Assembly: GCA_963755915.1 (NCBI GenBank)
Contig: CAVWLP010000002.1
Location: 2,304,001 to 2,368,000 of the forward strand
DNA from: an uncultured Phycisphaerales bacterium
GTDB lineage: Bacteria; Planctomycetota; Phycisphaerae; Tepidisphaerales; Tepidisphaeraceae
DNA length: 64,000 nucleotides
Direction: 5' to 3'
The first letter of the stretch is position 1, and each line of letters opens with the position of its first letter. The notes beneath the pieces are model-generated. The model made no database searches. It was not told the origin of the DNA and worked only from the letters and a program-made list of their open reading frames with translations. A program made the position numbers and the translations under genes. Shown here piece by piece: positions 1 to 10,807 of this stretch.

Positions 1-103
1 GATCGATCAGCAGCCGGCGGATGACCGCGAGCTTTAAATTTGTGGGATGCGCCAGGTTTGAGGCGGCGCAGGCCTTTGACCTGCTGCGAAACGTGGAGGT
101 TTT

Positions 104-406
104 ATGAGATCGGAGCTTTCCGACGAACTCGTGCGGGGTCTGGCGGTTGAGGGGGCTACGGATGAGGACATCTGCGAAATCTACGGCCTGACGCGTGCTC
201 AGCTTCTGAGCAGCTTTGGGCATGTATTGAAGGAGGCACGGGCGCACAGGAGGGTGTTGTTGCGGAAACTGCAGAATAAGGAGGCACAGAAGGGAAATAC
301 GACGATTTTGGCTCTACTGGGGAAAAATGAGCTGGGGCAAGACCGACGAGAAAGAGCCGGCGACGATCATTGGCCCGAACCACAACTGGGCGAGAAGGTG
401 GGTTGA
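104..406 (+). CDS. Putative phage terminase small subunit
   Basis: 100 aa with N-terminal HTH-like segment and 'KGNTTILALLGKNELGQ' C-terminal motif typical of small terminases. Overlaps the start of TerL; GGAGG RBS upstream. Confidence 0.65.
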   Translation: MRSELSDELVRGLAVEGATDEDICEIYGLTRAQLLSSFGHVLKEARAHRRVLLRKLQNKEAQKGNTTILALLGKNELGQDRRERAGDDHWPEPQLGEKVG

Positions 407-1657
407 GCTTCGGCCGCACGATGAGCAGCTTCGGCTGTGGAACGACGGCACGCGCTTCAAGCTGGTTCCCGCTGGGCGGCGCAGTGGGAAGACCGAGCTG
501 GCGAAACGCCGGCTGGTGGAGCACCTGTTCCGTAAGACGTTTCACGGGTTGCCGGGATGTTATTTCGCTGCCGCGCCGACGCGTGCTCAGGCGAAGCGGA
601 TTTTCTGGAGAGACCTCAAGTCGCTGATCCATCGCGGGTGGATCGAGAAGATCAACGAGACCGATCTCCAGATCATCACGACGGTGGGATCGGAATTGTG
701 GGTACATGGGCTGGACGTTCCCGAGCGCGTGGAAGGCAGCCCCTGGGACGGTTGTGTGATCGACGAGATTGCCAACTGCAAGCCGGGGATCTGGGATGCG
801 CACATTCGCCCGGCACTGGCGGATCGGCGCGGGTGGGCATGGCTCATTGGTGTGCCGGACATGTTTGGGCCGGCGCAGATAGATTATGAGCGGCTTGCCT
901 TGTGGCGCAAAGCAAGACCGATCCGGATTGGGCCTATTTCAGTTGGCCTTCGACGGAAATTCTGACGGCCGAGGAAATCGAATCGGCAAGCAGGCGCATG
1001 GATCCGCTGATCTTTCAGCAGGAATATCTCGGCAAGTTTGTGACTGGCCGCGGGCGGGCGTTTGCGGGATTCGATCCGGCGGTTCACGTGAAACCAACGC
1101 CGTACGATCCGTCGCTGCGGATTTGCTGGTCGCTGGATTTCAATATCGATCCCATGTGCAGCGGCGTGATTCAACACCATCGCGGAATGGTGCGGGTGAT
1201 TCACGAGTTTTCCCTTCCGGACACGGACACCAACAGCGCGTGCGACGCGCTGCTGGAGATGGCAACGGCTCGAGGCTGGGACCTGCACGACTTGACGATT
1301 TATGGCGACGCCAGCGGCAGCGCCCGCGATAGCACGAGCGGCATTTCCGATTGGAACATCGTGCTGCGCCGGCTGCACAATTTGTCTCCGCACTTGAAGG
1401 TGCCCAGGGCAAATCCGCACGTAAAGGACACGGTGAATGCGGTTCGGGCGATCCTTCGGACCGACGGTAATGCCCGGCGTTTGTCGATCGATCCGCAGTG
1501 CGGGCGGTTGATCGAAGATATGCGGACGGCCGTGTGGCCGGGGAATCTCGATCTTCATCACGCGCTGGCCTGGCTGCGTTATTTCGTCGCCTGCGAGTAT
1601 CCGCTGGAAGCGCCGCGGATTGTTACGCCCGGAGTGGTCGCATTTTCGAAATGGTGA
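327..1657 (+). CDS. Phage terminase large subunit (one frameshift near 900)
   Basis: Walker A AGRRSGKT and Walker B CVIDE in ORF 327-965; RNase H-like nuclease motifs SLDFNIDP and YGDASG in ORF 902-1657. Start position uncertain. Confidence 0.92.
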
Positions 1658-1662
1658 TCGAT

Positions 1663-2980
1663 ATGAGCTTGAATGAAATGTCCATCATCACGCTGGACCC
1701 GCGGTCCGAGCTGGTGGGTTTGGCTAACATCCCCGCGAAAGTTCCGGCGGTGGGAGAAAAAACGCCGGCGCAGACGATTTCCCCGCCGGGCGGAATTCCC
1801 TCAGCGAGCGCGATGGGACTGGCGGGGTTTTTCCAGGCGCCGTCGGGAACGTATCAGACGTATCGGCAGATTTCTGCCCATCCGACGTGCGCGCTGGTGC
1901 GCGGAATCGTGACGGCGCCGATTGTGGGAAACTCTTGGCAGTGGAAGAAGAGCCGGGAAAATGTTCCGGATGAATGGGTGAATTTCGCGCGGGAGGTGAT
2001 GACGCCGCTGCGGCAGTCATTGGTGCGCGATGTTCTGCGAGCGCTGGAATTTGGGTGGGCGGGGTTTGAGAAGATCTGGACGGTTGAGGCCGGCCGGCGG
2101 GTTCTTTCCCGGCTAAAGCCGCTCCAGTGGGATTTCACGGAGATTCTACTGGACGAGCATGGAAATCCGGCTGGACTGCGCAATCGGCCGCCGGAGGGTC
2201 CGCCGGTGCTGCTGGGGAAGGGGAAATATTTTCTCTACAGCTTCGACGGTGAGGCGGCGAATCCATATGGGCGGTCGCGGCATGAAAACGTCCGCCAGGC
2301 CTGGTCGGAAAGCGAGCAGATTCGCGAGCGGCTGGCGCAGTATATGAAGAAGGTTTCGGGGATCGTCGTTCAACTCCATTACCCGGAGGGAACCAGCCGC
2401 GATGTGGCGGGCGCGGATCGGCCGAATCAGTGGCTTGGGCAGCAGGTGCTCGATTCCGTGTCGGCCGGCAAAAGCGTGATGTTTCCCAACGGTTTCGCGG
2501 CCACGGGCGATTTGAAGACGGCGTACGAGCTGGCCGGCAAGAGCTCCTGGCAGCTCTCGACGCTGGAAGTGCAGGGAACCGATCATGCGCCGGGAATGAA
2601 GCTGGTGATGGAGTATTACGACGCGCTGATTTTCCGCGGCTGGCTGCGGCCGGAACGCGTGGGGCTGGAATCGCGGCTATGCCAGCCGGGCCGATGCGAA
2701 GATTCATACGGATACCGGCACGCTCGACTGCGAATTGATCGACCGCGACATTGCCGATGCGGTGACGCGGGACGTTGTTGACGAATTGCTGGTGCTGAAC
2801 TTTGGAAAGCGTGCCGCGGGCGCGGTCGCGATCGAGCCGCCGCCCATCGAGAACGATGCATTGGGCGTTCTGCGCGACGCTTTGAATCTGCTGATTAACA
2901 AGGACAGCGCGGCGGTTTCGGCGAAGATCGATCTGCCGGCGCTTTTGGATCAACTTTCGGTTCCGCGAACGGCGTCCTAA
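1663..2980 (+). CDS. Phage portal protein, Mu gp29/DUF935-like (frameshift near 2680)
   Basis: Follows TerL; ALEFGWAGFEKIW and NPYGRS motifs, and C-terminal 'VVDELLVLNFG' in ORF 2735-2980, as in DUF935 portals. Confidence 0.8.
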
Positions 2981-3018
2981 GGCGCGTGTTTGCAAACGGG
3001 CATTTAACACCAAAAAAC

Positions 3019-4111
3019 ATGACTCAACCATCAACAACCTACAAGCTCCGCGCGCGCGATTTGTCGCCCGATTTTCCGGTAACTACGGCGGGAGAACTCC
3101 CGGCCGAAGTCGCCGGCCAGCCGGCAGGCTATTTCTGGAAGGACATGATCCACCGCGGCGAATATGTGCATCCGTCGCGGGGATATTCGCTGGCGGTGAA
3201 TGACAAGCGGCTCGCGAAATGGGCCGAAACGGGCGCGAAGATGCTCGAAGCGGGGCTGGCGATTCCAATTAACGTCGATCATTCCGACGCAGCGCGGGAC
3301 GTCGTCGGGTACGTGAAGCAATTCAAGCTCGAAGGGGATCGGCTGCTGGGGCTGTGCCAGTTCATCGGCGAAGAGTCGGCCCTAACGGCCGCGCGGAACC
3401 TGGCGTCGGTCGGTATCGATCCGGACTTTGTCGATGGCGAGGGGCGGCAATGGGGTGAGGCGATTGTGCATCTGGCACTAACGCCCGTGCCGGTGGTGCC
3501 GGATCAGGATCAATTTGTGATGGCGGATGAAATCGAACCGCCTGATGCGAATGCGGCTGGGATCTCATCGCTGCCTTGCACTCCGGAACAGTTTGCGACG
3601 CTTTGCGAATTGATCGGCGAGGGGCTCAGCGAAGCAGATTCGGTAGACCGGATCATCGGGCAATTGCGAACGGCTCGGGGAGCGAACCCAGCGGAATTGG
3701 AAGCGGAACTGGCCGCGGCGCGACAGCAGATGTTTCAGCTTTCTGCGCGATTGCCGCCGGCGATCTCGCCGGATGCCCAGGACGCTATGGCGGAGCTGGC
3801 GACGGCGAAGCTCGATTCGGCCGTCGAACGCGGGGCGCTTTCGCCGGTGGCGCGGAATCGGCTTGTCGCGGCGCTGGTGAAGGGAGAGGACGGGCGGGCC
3901 AACGTGATGACGCTTTCCCGGGCCGGCAGCGGCGGCGGGGACCGCTGCCTGGCGGTGGCCGTCGCGGAAATACTTCTGGACAACCAGCCGATCCAGGTCG
4001 GCGAATCGACGCGGTTGCAGGCGATGTCGCGAGCGATTCCTGGTGAAGAATCTTCGCCGATCGACGCAGCTGCGGAGATACATGACGAAAATCGCCAGCG
4101 TATCGGGATAG
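3019..4111 (+). CDS. Mu-like prohead protease/scaffold protein (frameshift near 4065)
   Basis: IPINVDHS...VVGYV...ASVGIDP...HLALTPVP protease motifs followed by a helical scaffold region. Natural stop TAG at 4109-4111 lies in the shifted frame. Confidence 0.75.
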
Positions 4112-4173
4112 CGAAGCGATCGCGATCGCGGGGAACAGTTCAATCACAATCATATTCAATTGAAAGGATCACA

Positions 4174-4882
4174 ATGTTTTCGAATCCACAGGGTAAACCG
4201 GGCGTGGTGGGCAATTACGATTCTCAGCCGCGCGAAGTGTTTTATTCAGGGCGGGAATTTGCCCAGTTCTGGGCGCCGCCGGTGACGATCGACGGGACGA
4301 ATTCCAGCAATCCGCTCAATGCGCCATACGTATGGCTGCTCTGGGCGGGAACGCTGATGGGGCAGATCACCGCGACGTGGAAATATGCCAACAGCGTGCT
4401 CGGCCTGACCAGCGCGGCCGCGGCCAGCGGGGCGACTTCAGTGTACGACCGATGTAAACACGGCGGCGGAAATCGTACGGCGGATCGGCGCCTCGGGCAC
4501 ATTCAAGCTGACAGGCCCGCCCGCGACAGGCGGAACCGTGGCGACCCAGGTCGTCACCTATTCCGCGGTGAACACCACGACGGGCGTGATCACTTGCACA
4601 GCGATTTCGGCCGCGGCCGTCAGCGGATCGTTCATCCAGCCGACCGATGGCAGCGAAAGCATCGTGACGCTGCTGTGTGAAGTCGATGGTTTGCAGATCG
4701 TCGACCAGACCTACACCAATCGCGTCGACGTTTTCTGCGGCACCCTTCTGGCCGGCGGGGGAACGATCAATACGGGGATGATCGTCAATTATCCATCCGA
4801 CCCGAGTTTGCAGGAGTACGTGAAAACGGCGCTGCGGACGCGGAGTCCCGGCGTGACGTTCCTGGATGATATCATTGGGTAA
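4174..4882 (+). CDS. Putative head decoration/capsid accessory protein (frameshift near 4445)
   Basis: GAAAGGA RBS, ATG 4174; 'LWAGTLMGQITATWKY' resembles decoration proteins; position between protease and major capsid gene. Confidence 0.55.
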
Positions 4883-4995
4883 ACCAGAAACCCGAAATCA
4901 GAATGACGAATCAAATCCGAATGACAAAAGCCGAAGTTGCCCTCATTCGGTCATTCGGGCTTCGGGTTTGATTCTGGTTTCGGAATTCGGATTTC
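4883..4995. repeat. 7-bp-periodic imperfect inverted repeat
   Basis: Left arm of nnnnGAA units (accagaa acccgaa atcagaa tgacgaa ...), right arm of complementary TTCnnnn units; intergenic. Confidence 0.8.
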
Positions 4996-5030
4996 ACCTC
5001 AACAGGCAAATTATTTTCAAGGATCTCAAC

Positions 5031-6151
5031 ATGGCATACGTATCGATCAACGACATTCTGGCGCGCCCAATCTTTGCGGGATCATCCAGAGCACGGTCAG
5101 CGGCATTCCCAATCCGTTTCCACCGGCGTTTTTCCAGGTCGATCAGACCGTGGACGGCGACACCGGGGAATATAAAGTGTTCAGCGGCTCGCGATCCAAC
5201 GCGACGATCTCCGCCTACGGAGCGCCGTCGAAAAATCGCCAGCTTCGCGACGATCGGCGTGAAGGCCGTCAAGCTGCTCCACAGCGTCGAGAACATCGTC
5301 CTGCCGGTGAAGGACTACGTGAACCTGCTGAATTACACCGATCTGTCCAAGCAGAAGCTGGGGATCGATGAAGTCAGCCGGCAGATTCGCGAAGCGCGGT
5401 GGTCGCAGGACAACCTGCGCATCAGTGCGCTGACGTCGATGCTTTTCCAGACCGAAATCTGGTACGACGGGCTGGGAAATCTGTTGCCCAGTTCCACCGG
5501 GGCGCAGACGACGGTGAATTACGGGGTGCCAACGGGCAACCAGAACCAGCTCGACGTCTTTGGAACGGGAAGCCCGATCATCAGCGCCACCTGGGCGACG
5601 AACACGACGCCGATCGACAAGCAGATTCAGTCGCTGCACCAGGCGGCGGTGCAATTGACGGGATATGAACTGAAGCACGCCTTCTATGGCAAGAATGTTC
5701 CCAGTTATCTGACGAGCAATACCAACCTGGGCAACTATTTCTTCCGCGACGCCTATGGCCCGGACGCCTTCGGCCCGACGTATGTCGCCACGGCGGACAT
5801 TCCGAATCCTCTGCTCGGATTGACCTGGCACAAGGCGTATCAGAGTTTTTTCTACGATCAGAATGGAAATCGCCAGACCCTGGTGGGTGACGACCAGGTC
5901 GTCTTCACGCCCGAGCCCAGCACGGCGTGGATCGGATTCCTGGAAGGGACATATCCGGTTCCAACGCAAGGCGGGAATCGTCACGCCGGCCGATCCGGCA
6001 GTTGTCTCCGGAATGGAAACACGCGCGGGGTTGTTCGCATTATGGCATGGCCAGTGCGGATCCGCCTTCGGCCAAGATCGTTTATGGCGACACGTTCCTG
6101 CCCGTGCTGAAGGTTCCCAGTGCGATTTTCGTGGCCGACGTCAACCCCTAA
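5031..6151 (+). CDS. Phage major capsid protein, capsid E-like (about 3 frameshifts)
   Basis: AAGGA RBS. Pieces in ORFs 4866-6110, 4937-5371, 5863-6171 and 5927-6151 join to about 370 aa; 'VNYGVPTGN', 'SATWA...PI', 'TFLPVLKVPSAIFVADV' resemble major capsid protein E. Confidence 0.75.
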
Positions 6152-6167
6152 CTCGCGTGCTCTTCCC

Positions 6168-6658
6168 ATGATCGATCCATTCACGCAATGTTCGCGGGCG
6201 ATTTTGTCGGCGCTTCAGGACGATCCCGGCTGGGCCGCGATGGTCAAGCCGGGAAACGTCGTCGATATGACGGCTCATTCGTTTGAGCAGTTCAAGTCAC
6301 GGCTCAGCCGGCGGATGTGCCGGAGGCGATCCTGCTTCAGGGCGAATTCCGGCTGAAGCCGTTCGGGTCCAGCAGCAGGATCGCTGAGATGGAGCAGAGC
6401 TTTCAGTTGATCGTCACCCACGATTCCCTGCGCGTGTGCCCGGTGAATCGATTGAAATATCAGACCCTCGTCGCTCTGGCGAAATCCGGGCCATCTCTAG
6501 GTTTCGACGGGTTGGTGCGCGGATGGGAGATCACCCAGGGAGACGACGACGCCCTGGGGCAGAAACACTGGCGGCGGGGAACGCAGCGATGGGTCAGCGT
6601 GCTGACGATTCGCGTGGGCCTCTACGTGCCGCGGGAGAAGCTCGTTTCCGCGTGTTAG
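6168..6658 (+). CDS. Putative tail completion/terminator protein (frameshift near 6300)
   Basis: About 160 aa alpha/beta protein between capsid and tail tube genes; assignment is positional. Confidence 0.45.
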
Positions 6659-6686
6659 GCAGATTTGAAATTGAGGAGCTTTAGTC

Positions 6687-7181
6687 ATGTCAACGACACT
6701 TTCCAATCCGATCGCGACGGTGCAGTTGAAATGCCAGCTCAACGGCGGGGCGGTGCCCGCGCCGGTGACGTCGCAGGTAAATCACCAGCCGAACGTGGTG
6801 CTCGGCGCCGGGAACAGCGGCGGAAACGTGGACGGATGTTTTTCCGAACCGTTCACGGTCAGCGCGGGAACGCCGCTGACGATCTCCATGACGGCGCTGA
6901 ACGACCCGCTGGGGAATCCGATCACTTTCGTGCACGTTACTTCCGTGCTGGTGGAAAACGATAGCACGACGGCCGGCCAGAATTTCACGGTGGGAGGGGG
7001 AACGCATCCGGTGCTGGGAACCGACCAAGGATCTGCCCAGGCCAACGGCGGGGCGTTTCTGGTCTTCAATCCCAATCCGGGCTATTCGGTCGTGTCGGGG
7101 ACGAGCGACACGCTGCAGATTTCCGTCGCCTCCGGCACCAGCGTGCCGGGCAAGCTCACCATCCTCGGCCGCTCGGCGTAG
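6687..7181 (+). CDS. Putative virion structural protein (Thr/Ser/Gly-rich, beta-rich)
   Basis: Intact 164-aa ORF with GAGGAG RBS, inside the structural module. Confidence 0.55.
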   Translation: MSTTLSNPIATVQLKCQLNGGAVPAPVTSQVNHQPNVVLGAGNSGGNVDGCFSEPFTVSAGTPLTISMTALNDPLGNPITFVHVTSVLVENDSTTAGQNFTVGGGTHPVLGTDQGSAQANGGAFLVFNPNPGYSVVSGTSDTLQISVASGTSVPGKLTILGRSA

Positions 7182-7217
7182 TTCACAATTCGGCGTAATT
7201 CATTTTCAGGAGAAACC

Positions 7218-7634
7218 ATGGCCGCCTCGGTATTTCATTCCGGTTCATTCGGCACCGCGACGCTCGGATCAAACGAGTTGTCGGTCACCGGCTGGCAGGT
7301 CCAGCCGACCGCGCAGCTTGTGGAATTCAAGAACAGCAAGAGCGGTGGTTACGTTCTTCGCGAAGCCACGTTCAAGGATTGCAGCGTGGCGATCGACGTC
7401 GATTTCGACTTTGGCAACAACCCGTTTCAAACGCCTTTTTCAATTCAGCCGGGCACGACGCTGAGCAACGTGATCCTCTGCCTGCACCAGACCGCCTCGG
7501 GCGCGCTGGATGGATTGCAGTGGACGTTTTCGTCGCTGGTGGTCGATTCAACGCCGCAGAAATTGCAGGTTGACGGGCGGATCACCACGCGATTCACCGC
7601 CAAGGGGAACGGCAGCTACACACCTGCATCGTAG
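7218..7634 (+). CDS. Putative tail tube protein
   Basis: 138 aa, beta-strand pattern ending 'RFTAKGNGSYTP'; AGGAG RBS; directly upstream of the tail chaperone. Confidence 0.65.
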   Translation: MAASVFHSGSFGTATLGSNELSVTGWQVQPTAQLVEFKNSKSGGYVLREATFKDCSVAIDVDFDFGNNPFQTPFSIQPGTTLSNVILCLHQTASGALDGLQWTFSSLVVDSTPQKLQVDGRITTRFTAKGNGSYTPAS

Positions 7635-7657
7635 TGGAACGATTGGGAGGCTGAACC

Positions 7658-8179
7658 ATGAGCGATCTGAAAGACCTGGTTGGTCTGGGCGACAACGCCA
7701 CATTTCCCGGGCACACGCTTTCGCCGCCGCGGCTGATTGAGTTCGCCGAGGCGGAAGAGGAAGCGGCAGCGCAATACCTTCGGGGTATCGCGAAGGCGTC
7801 GGCGGGACTGCCGCCAGTGGCCCGCGACCTGCTTCATCAGCGGGCGGTGGACAACCTGCGGTCGCATCCGTTCAGCTACGGCTCGGCGGCGTTTGATCAG
7901 TGGGCGCTATCAATGTCGGCGGCGCCGTTCCTCGCTTGGCTGCTTCTTCGCATCAAACATCCGAAGATGTCGCTCAGCGAGGCGTCGCAGCTTCTGTGCG
8001 AAGGTGAATACGCGGCCAAGGTGGGAGCGGTCTGGTCGATGTGGGGCTACAAGCCCGCAAAAAAAGCCGCGCCGGCGGTGGAAGCCGCGCCTCCGCCGGC
8101 GAAGGCAGAGGCCGGGCAATCGACTGGCGGGGAATCTTCGCGCGGCTCACGTCCGCCAGGCCAGGGGGATGCGGTTTGA
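7658..8179 (+). CDS. Tail assembly chaperone (gpG-like)
   Basis: Follows tail tube; contains in-phase slippery heptamer A AAA AAA at 8059-8065. Confidence 0.65.
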   Translation: MSDLKDLVGLGDNATFPGHTLSPPRLIEFAEAEEEAAAQYLRGIAKASAGLPPVARDLLHQRAVDNLRSHPFSYGSAAFDQWALSMSAAPFLAWLLLRIKHPKMSLSEASQLLCEGEYAAKVGAVWSMWGYKPAKKAAPAVEAAPPPAKAEAGQSTGGESSRGSRPPGQGDAV

Positions 8180-8469
8180 GCTATCAGCAGGCGGCGGAGC
8201 TGACGTGGGCGCAGTTGATGCATGCAATGGGGGTTTCGCCGAATGTGGTGAGTGACGAAGAGATTGGAGCGAAGATTCGAGCGGGGCAGGACGAAATATT
8301 TCGGCTATCCGACGGCGGACCTCACGCCGCTCCTGGACTAGCTGAGCCGCCGGAAATACACCAAACTCGCCCAACGCTAGGACCAGATACTAGACGCAGC
8401 TGCCACAAATTGCCCGGTTTGCCGGCATCCAGACTGAGACCCAGCACAGGAAGTTGCAAAATCGGATAA
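8059..8469 (+). CDS. -1 frame extension of tail chaperone (gpGT-like)
   Basis: Open -1 frame 'IDWRGIFARLTSARPGGCGLSYQQAAELTWAQLM' begins at the slippery site, as for lambda G/GT. Confidence 0.55.
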   Translation, partial: KKSRAGGGSRASAGEGRGRAIDWRGIFARLTSARPGGCGLSYQQAAELTWAQLMHAMGVSPNVVSDEEIGAKIRAGQDEIFRLSDGGPHAAPGLAEPPEIHQTRPTLGPDTRRSCHKLPGLPASRLRPSTGSCKIG

Positions 8470-8526
8470 ATCTCGACAGATTTGGTTACCGATCAGTATA
8501 GTTGGGCGACCATTCGCCATGAGCAA

Positions 8527-9303
8527 ATGAGCGTAACGAAGCCAAAGTTAGTCCAGACGGTTTGTGAAATCCGGTACGAACGAGGATACCGTTACCTCGA
8601 TCGGTGCGGGGAGGCTATGCTTATTTTGCAGGAACTTTTGCCTTCTGAGACGCAAAAGACCTGGATGCCTGACGAGATAGCACCATCTGGAGCCCGACTA
8701 AAATGCCCAGATCTTGACACGATGGTTTACTTCGATAGTGCCCGGCTCGTTGTAGACCAAAATCCGGCGAGCGGAACCGACGAGTTTCCAAGGATATGCC
8801 AGTATGTGTGGTCTACCATCAAGGGCCGATTTGATCTGCGTGACATTGTGCGTGTCGGATACAGAAGTTTTTATATGGTTGCAACCGATTCAATTGATGA
8901 AGCCGAAGCCCTTTCCGTGAAGATGTCCCCGTTTGGCGAATGGGTAAGGAGTTTGAACGAGGAAGCGACCGCGTGCGAAGCAACGTGCGTTTATGAGAAT
9001 GCGGAACGATCGGCCGGATATCGGCTGTCATTGCGGCCGTCGTTTAGAGTTGAGGCTCCGTTGCAAATCGACCCAAGATTGCAAACGCCGCCCCGTCTTC
9101 TCGCGCAGGGACAACGTGAGGCCTTACAGTCGCAAAGACAGCGACGTGCTCAGCGCGAGAAGGAACCGCTTGCCGGCCTACTAATCGACATCGATCACTA
9201 CACAATTCGACCAGAAACATTGGATGCCGACGGATTCATCGATGCCTCCCGTAAAAGATCAGAAGAGATTGTATCCGAGCTGACTAAACCAGGTGCCAAA
9301 TGA
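8527..9303 (+). CDS. TIGR04255-like protein of unknown function
   Basis: 'PKLVQTVCEIRY', 'IVRVGYRSFY', 'LLIDID' motifs resemble TIGR04255; lower GC than flanks. Confidence 0.55.
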   Translation: MSVTKPKLVQTVCEIRYERGYRYLDRCGEAMLILQELLPSETQKTWMPDEIAPSGARLKCPDLDTMVYFDSARLVVDQNPASGTDEFPRICQYVWSTIKGRFDLRDIVRVGYRSFYMVATDSIDEAEALSVKMSPFGEWVRSLNEEATACEATCVYENAERSAGYRLSLRPSFRVEAPLQIDPRLQTPPRLLAQGQREALQSQRQRRAQREKEPLAGLLIDIDHYTIRPETLDADGFIDASRKRSEEIVSELTKPGAK

Positions 9304-9887
9304 GCAGGATAGCTAATGTGCAACCGTTTGTGTCCGGTTCTTCCGACCAATTTCAGGCTGGAGGCGTTAGTACCTCCGAGTTAAGGCCCCCCCCAACGAA
9401 GCCAGGATCGGCTTCAAGGACAGGAAAACTGGAATCCGGCACTGGTGAGGGCATTGGAAGCATCCACTTTGAACCCACCGTAAATCGCATACGTGGCGCG
9501 GAGAAGTTGGACCCGCGGCTGCTGGAGAAATCGGTGCAAACGCTCGATGGAATTGAGCGTCTTCCAGCGGAGGACATGAGCTTGGCGATCGAGTCGCTCC
9601 GGTATGTCGTGTGTGAGTTGTGGCTGAGCGCAGCCCGGGCTAGCCAGTCCCACAGATCAGTTCTCGCGATTGTTGAATCCCTAGTTTCGTCCGTAGAAAC
9701 TGTAACATCGAGTCAGGCGGCGGCGCTTCGTGGCGCCTTTAACGATCTGCGACAACCTGTGATTACCGAGCAGCACCTTGACGTGATCCGTTCCCAATTC
9801 ATTGACGAAGGCTATAATCCGATGGCGATTCTTAGTGGCTTGGAGAGTGATCCCGATGGAGACGGAAACGAAGCCGGAGGTAGCTAA
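9300..9887 (+). CDS. Hypothetical protein (disordered N-terminus, helical C-terminus)
   Basis: 195-aa ORF with ATGA overlap on the upstream gene and overlap on the downstream gene. Confidence 0.6.
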   Translation: MSRIANVQPFVSGSSDQFQAGGVSTSELRPPPTKPGSASRTGKLESGTGEGIGSIHFEPTVNRIRGAEKLDPRLLEKSVQTLDGIERLPAEDMSLAIESLRYVVCELWLSAARASQSHRSVLAIVESLVSSVETVTSSQAAALRGAFNDLRQPVITEQHLDVIRSQFIDEGYNPMAILSGLESDPDGDGNEAGGS

Positions 9888-10722
9888 AAGCAGCCCTGCC
9901 GAATTGCCCCTCACCGTTCATATTGACACATCGCTGCAAATTGAACAGCAAAAGGCTGAAGTCAAGGCTGGGCCGGTTCGTAGAGCCCTTTCGCAATACA
10001 AGTTTACATCGACTTCCTCCTACGCGAGGAAAGAGTTTAAGCGAGCATGGCTCAAGGATTTGGGGCTATGCTACAAGGCGACTCGAGATGCAAAACAAAT
10101 CGGGGACGTTTTCGAAAATATCCGGAAGAGCACCTATCACGCAGCGGCGAAACGGCGGCTCGACCGTTGCATCAGCGCGGCTAATGCATTTCTTTCTGCG
10201 AACCCGAGCCTTCCGAGCGACGTCGCCGTAATTCGACTAAGAAGCCATCTCGGCGAGTCCATTCTCGGCGGCTTTACAAAATGGGGCAGAAGTGTAACTC
10301 ACGAATATGATGGTACCCGGTGTTTCAGGGCGACGGAGCGACCCACAAGGGCGTCCGACGGATCTATTGATGTCAGCGTCCGGCAATGTAAGCCATCCAG
10401 AATTCAGTGCTCGGTGCACGAATTCTTCAGACAGCACGAAGCGGTTTTTTCGCGAATAAAAGCGGAAATTCAATCGGCAGAGTCGAGCGCTTCGGAGGAG
10501 CTCAAAGGCACTGCAATGATGATCGACAAAGCAATTCGCGATTCGGAAATTCTCTGTGACGACAAAAACTGCAGCTCAATGAGCGACGCCATCATTGCGG
10601 TGGACGGCCTCAATTCGAGTCACTTTGCGGCCAACAACGACAAAGAATGGCGTACGCTTGCGAGGGTTTTGGGAAAGACATTGGTGAATCCTGTGTCGGG
10701 GGAGACTTTCGAGACGGGTTGA
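9856..10722 (+). CDS. PIN-like domain protein with large insertion
   Basis: N-terminal VHIDTS, 'ARKEF', C-terminal SDAIIA and FAANNDKEW match the spacing of PIN acidic motifs. Confidence 0.5.
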   Translation: METETKPEVAKSSPAELPLTVHIDTSLQIEQQKAEVKAGPVRRALSQYKFTSTSSYARKEFKRAWLKDLGLCYKATRDAKQIGDVFENIRKSTYHAAAKRRLDRCISAANAFLSANPSLPSDVAVIRLRSHLGESILGGFTKWGRSVTHEYDGTRCFRATERPTRASDGSIDVSVRQCKPSRIQCSVHEFFRQHEAVFSRIKAEIQSAESSASEELKGTAMMIDKAIRDSEILCDDKNCSSMSDAIIAVDGLNSSHFAANNDKEWRTLARVLGKTLVNPVSGETFETG

Positions 10723-10807
10723 TCTCGGCCGAAGGGGGCGAATCCGATTACTGCAGGTCTCAAGGAAGTGCTTCTAAGCTTTCTCATTTTAGATATTCGA
10801 GGAAAAT

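Noticed and set aside
2986-4680. 564-aa ORF as a protease-decoration fusion
   Set aside because: An extra base near 4065 bypasses the stop at 4109-11, and a separate RBS + ATG exists at 4174.
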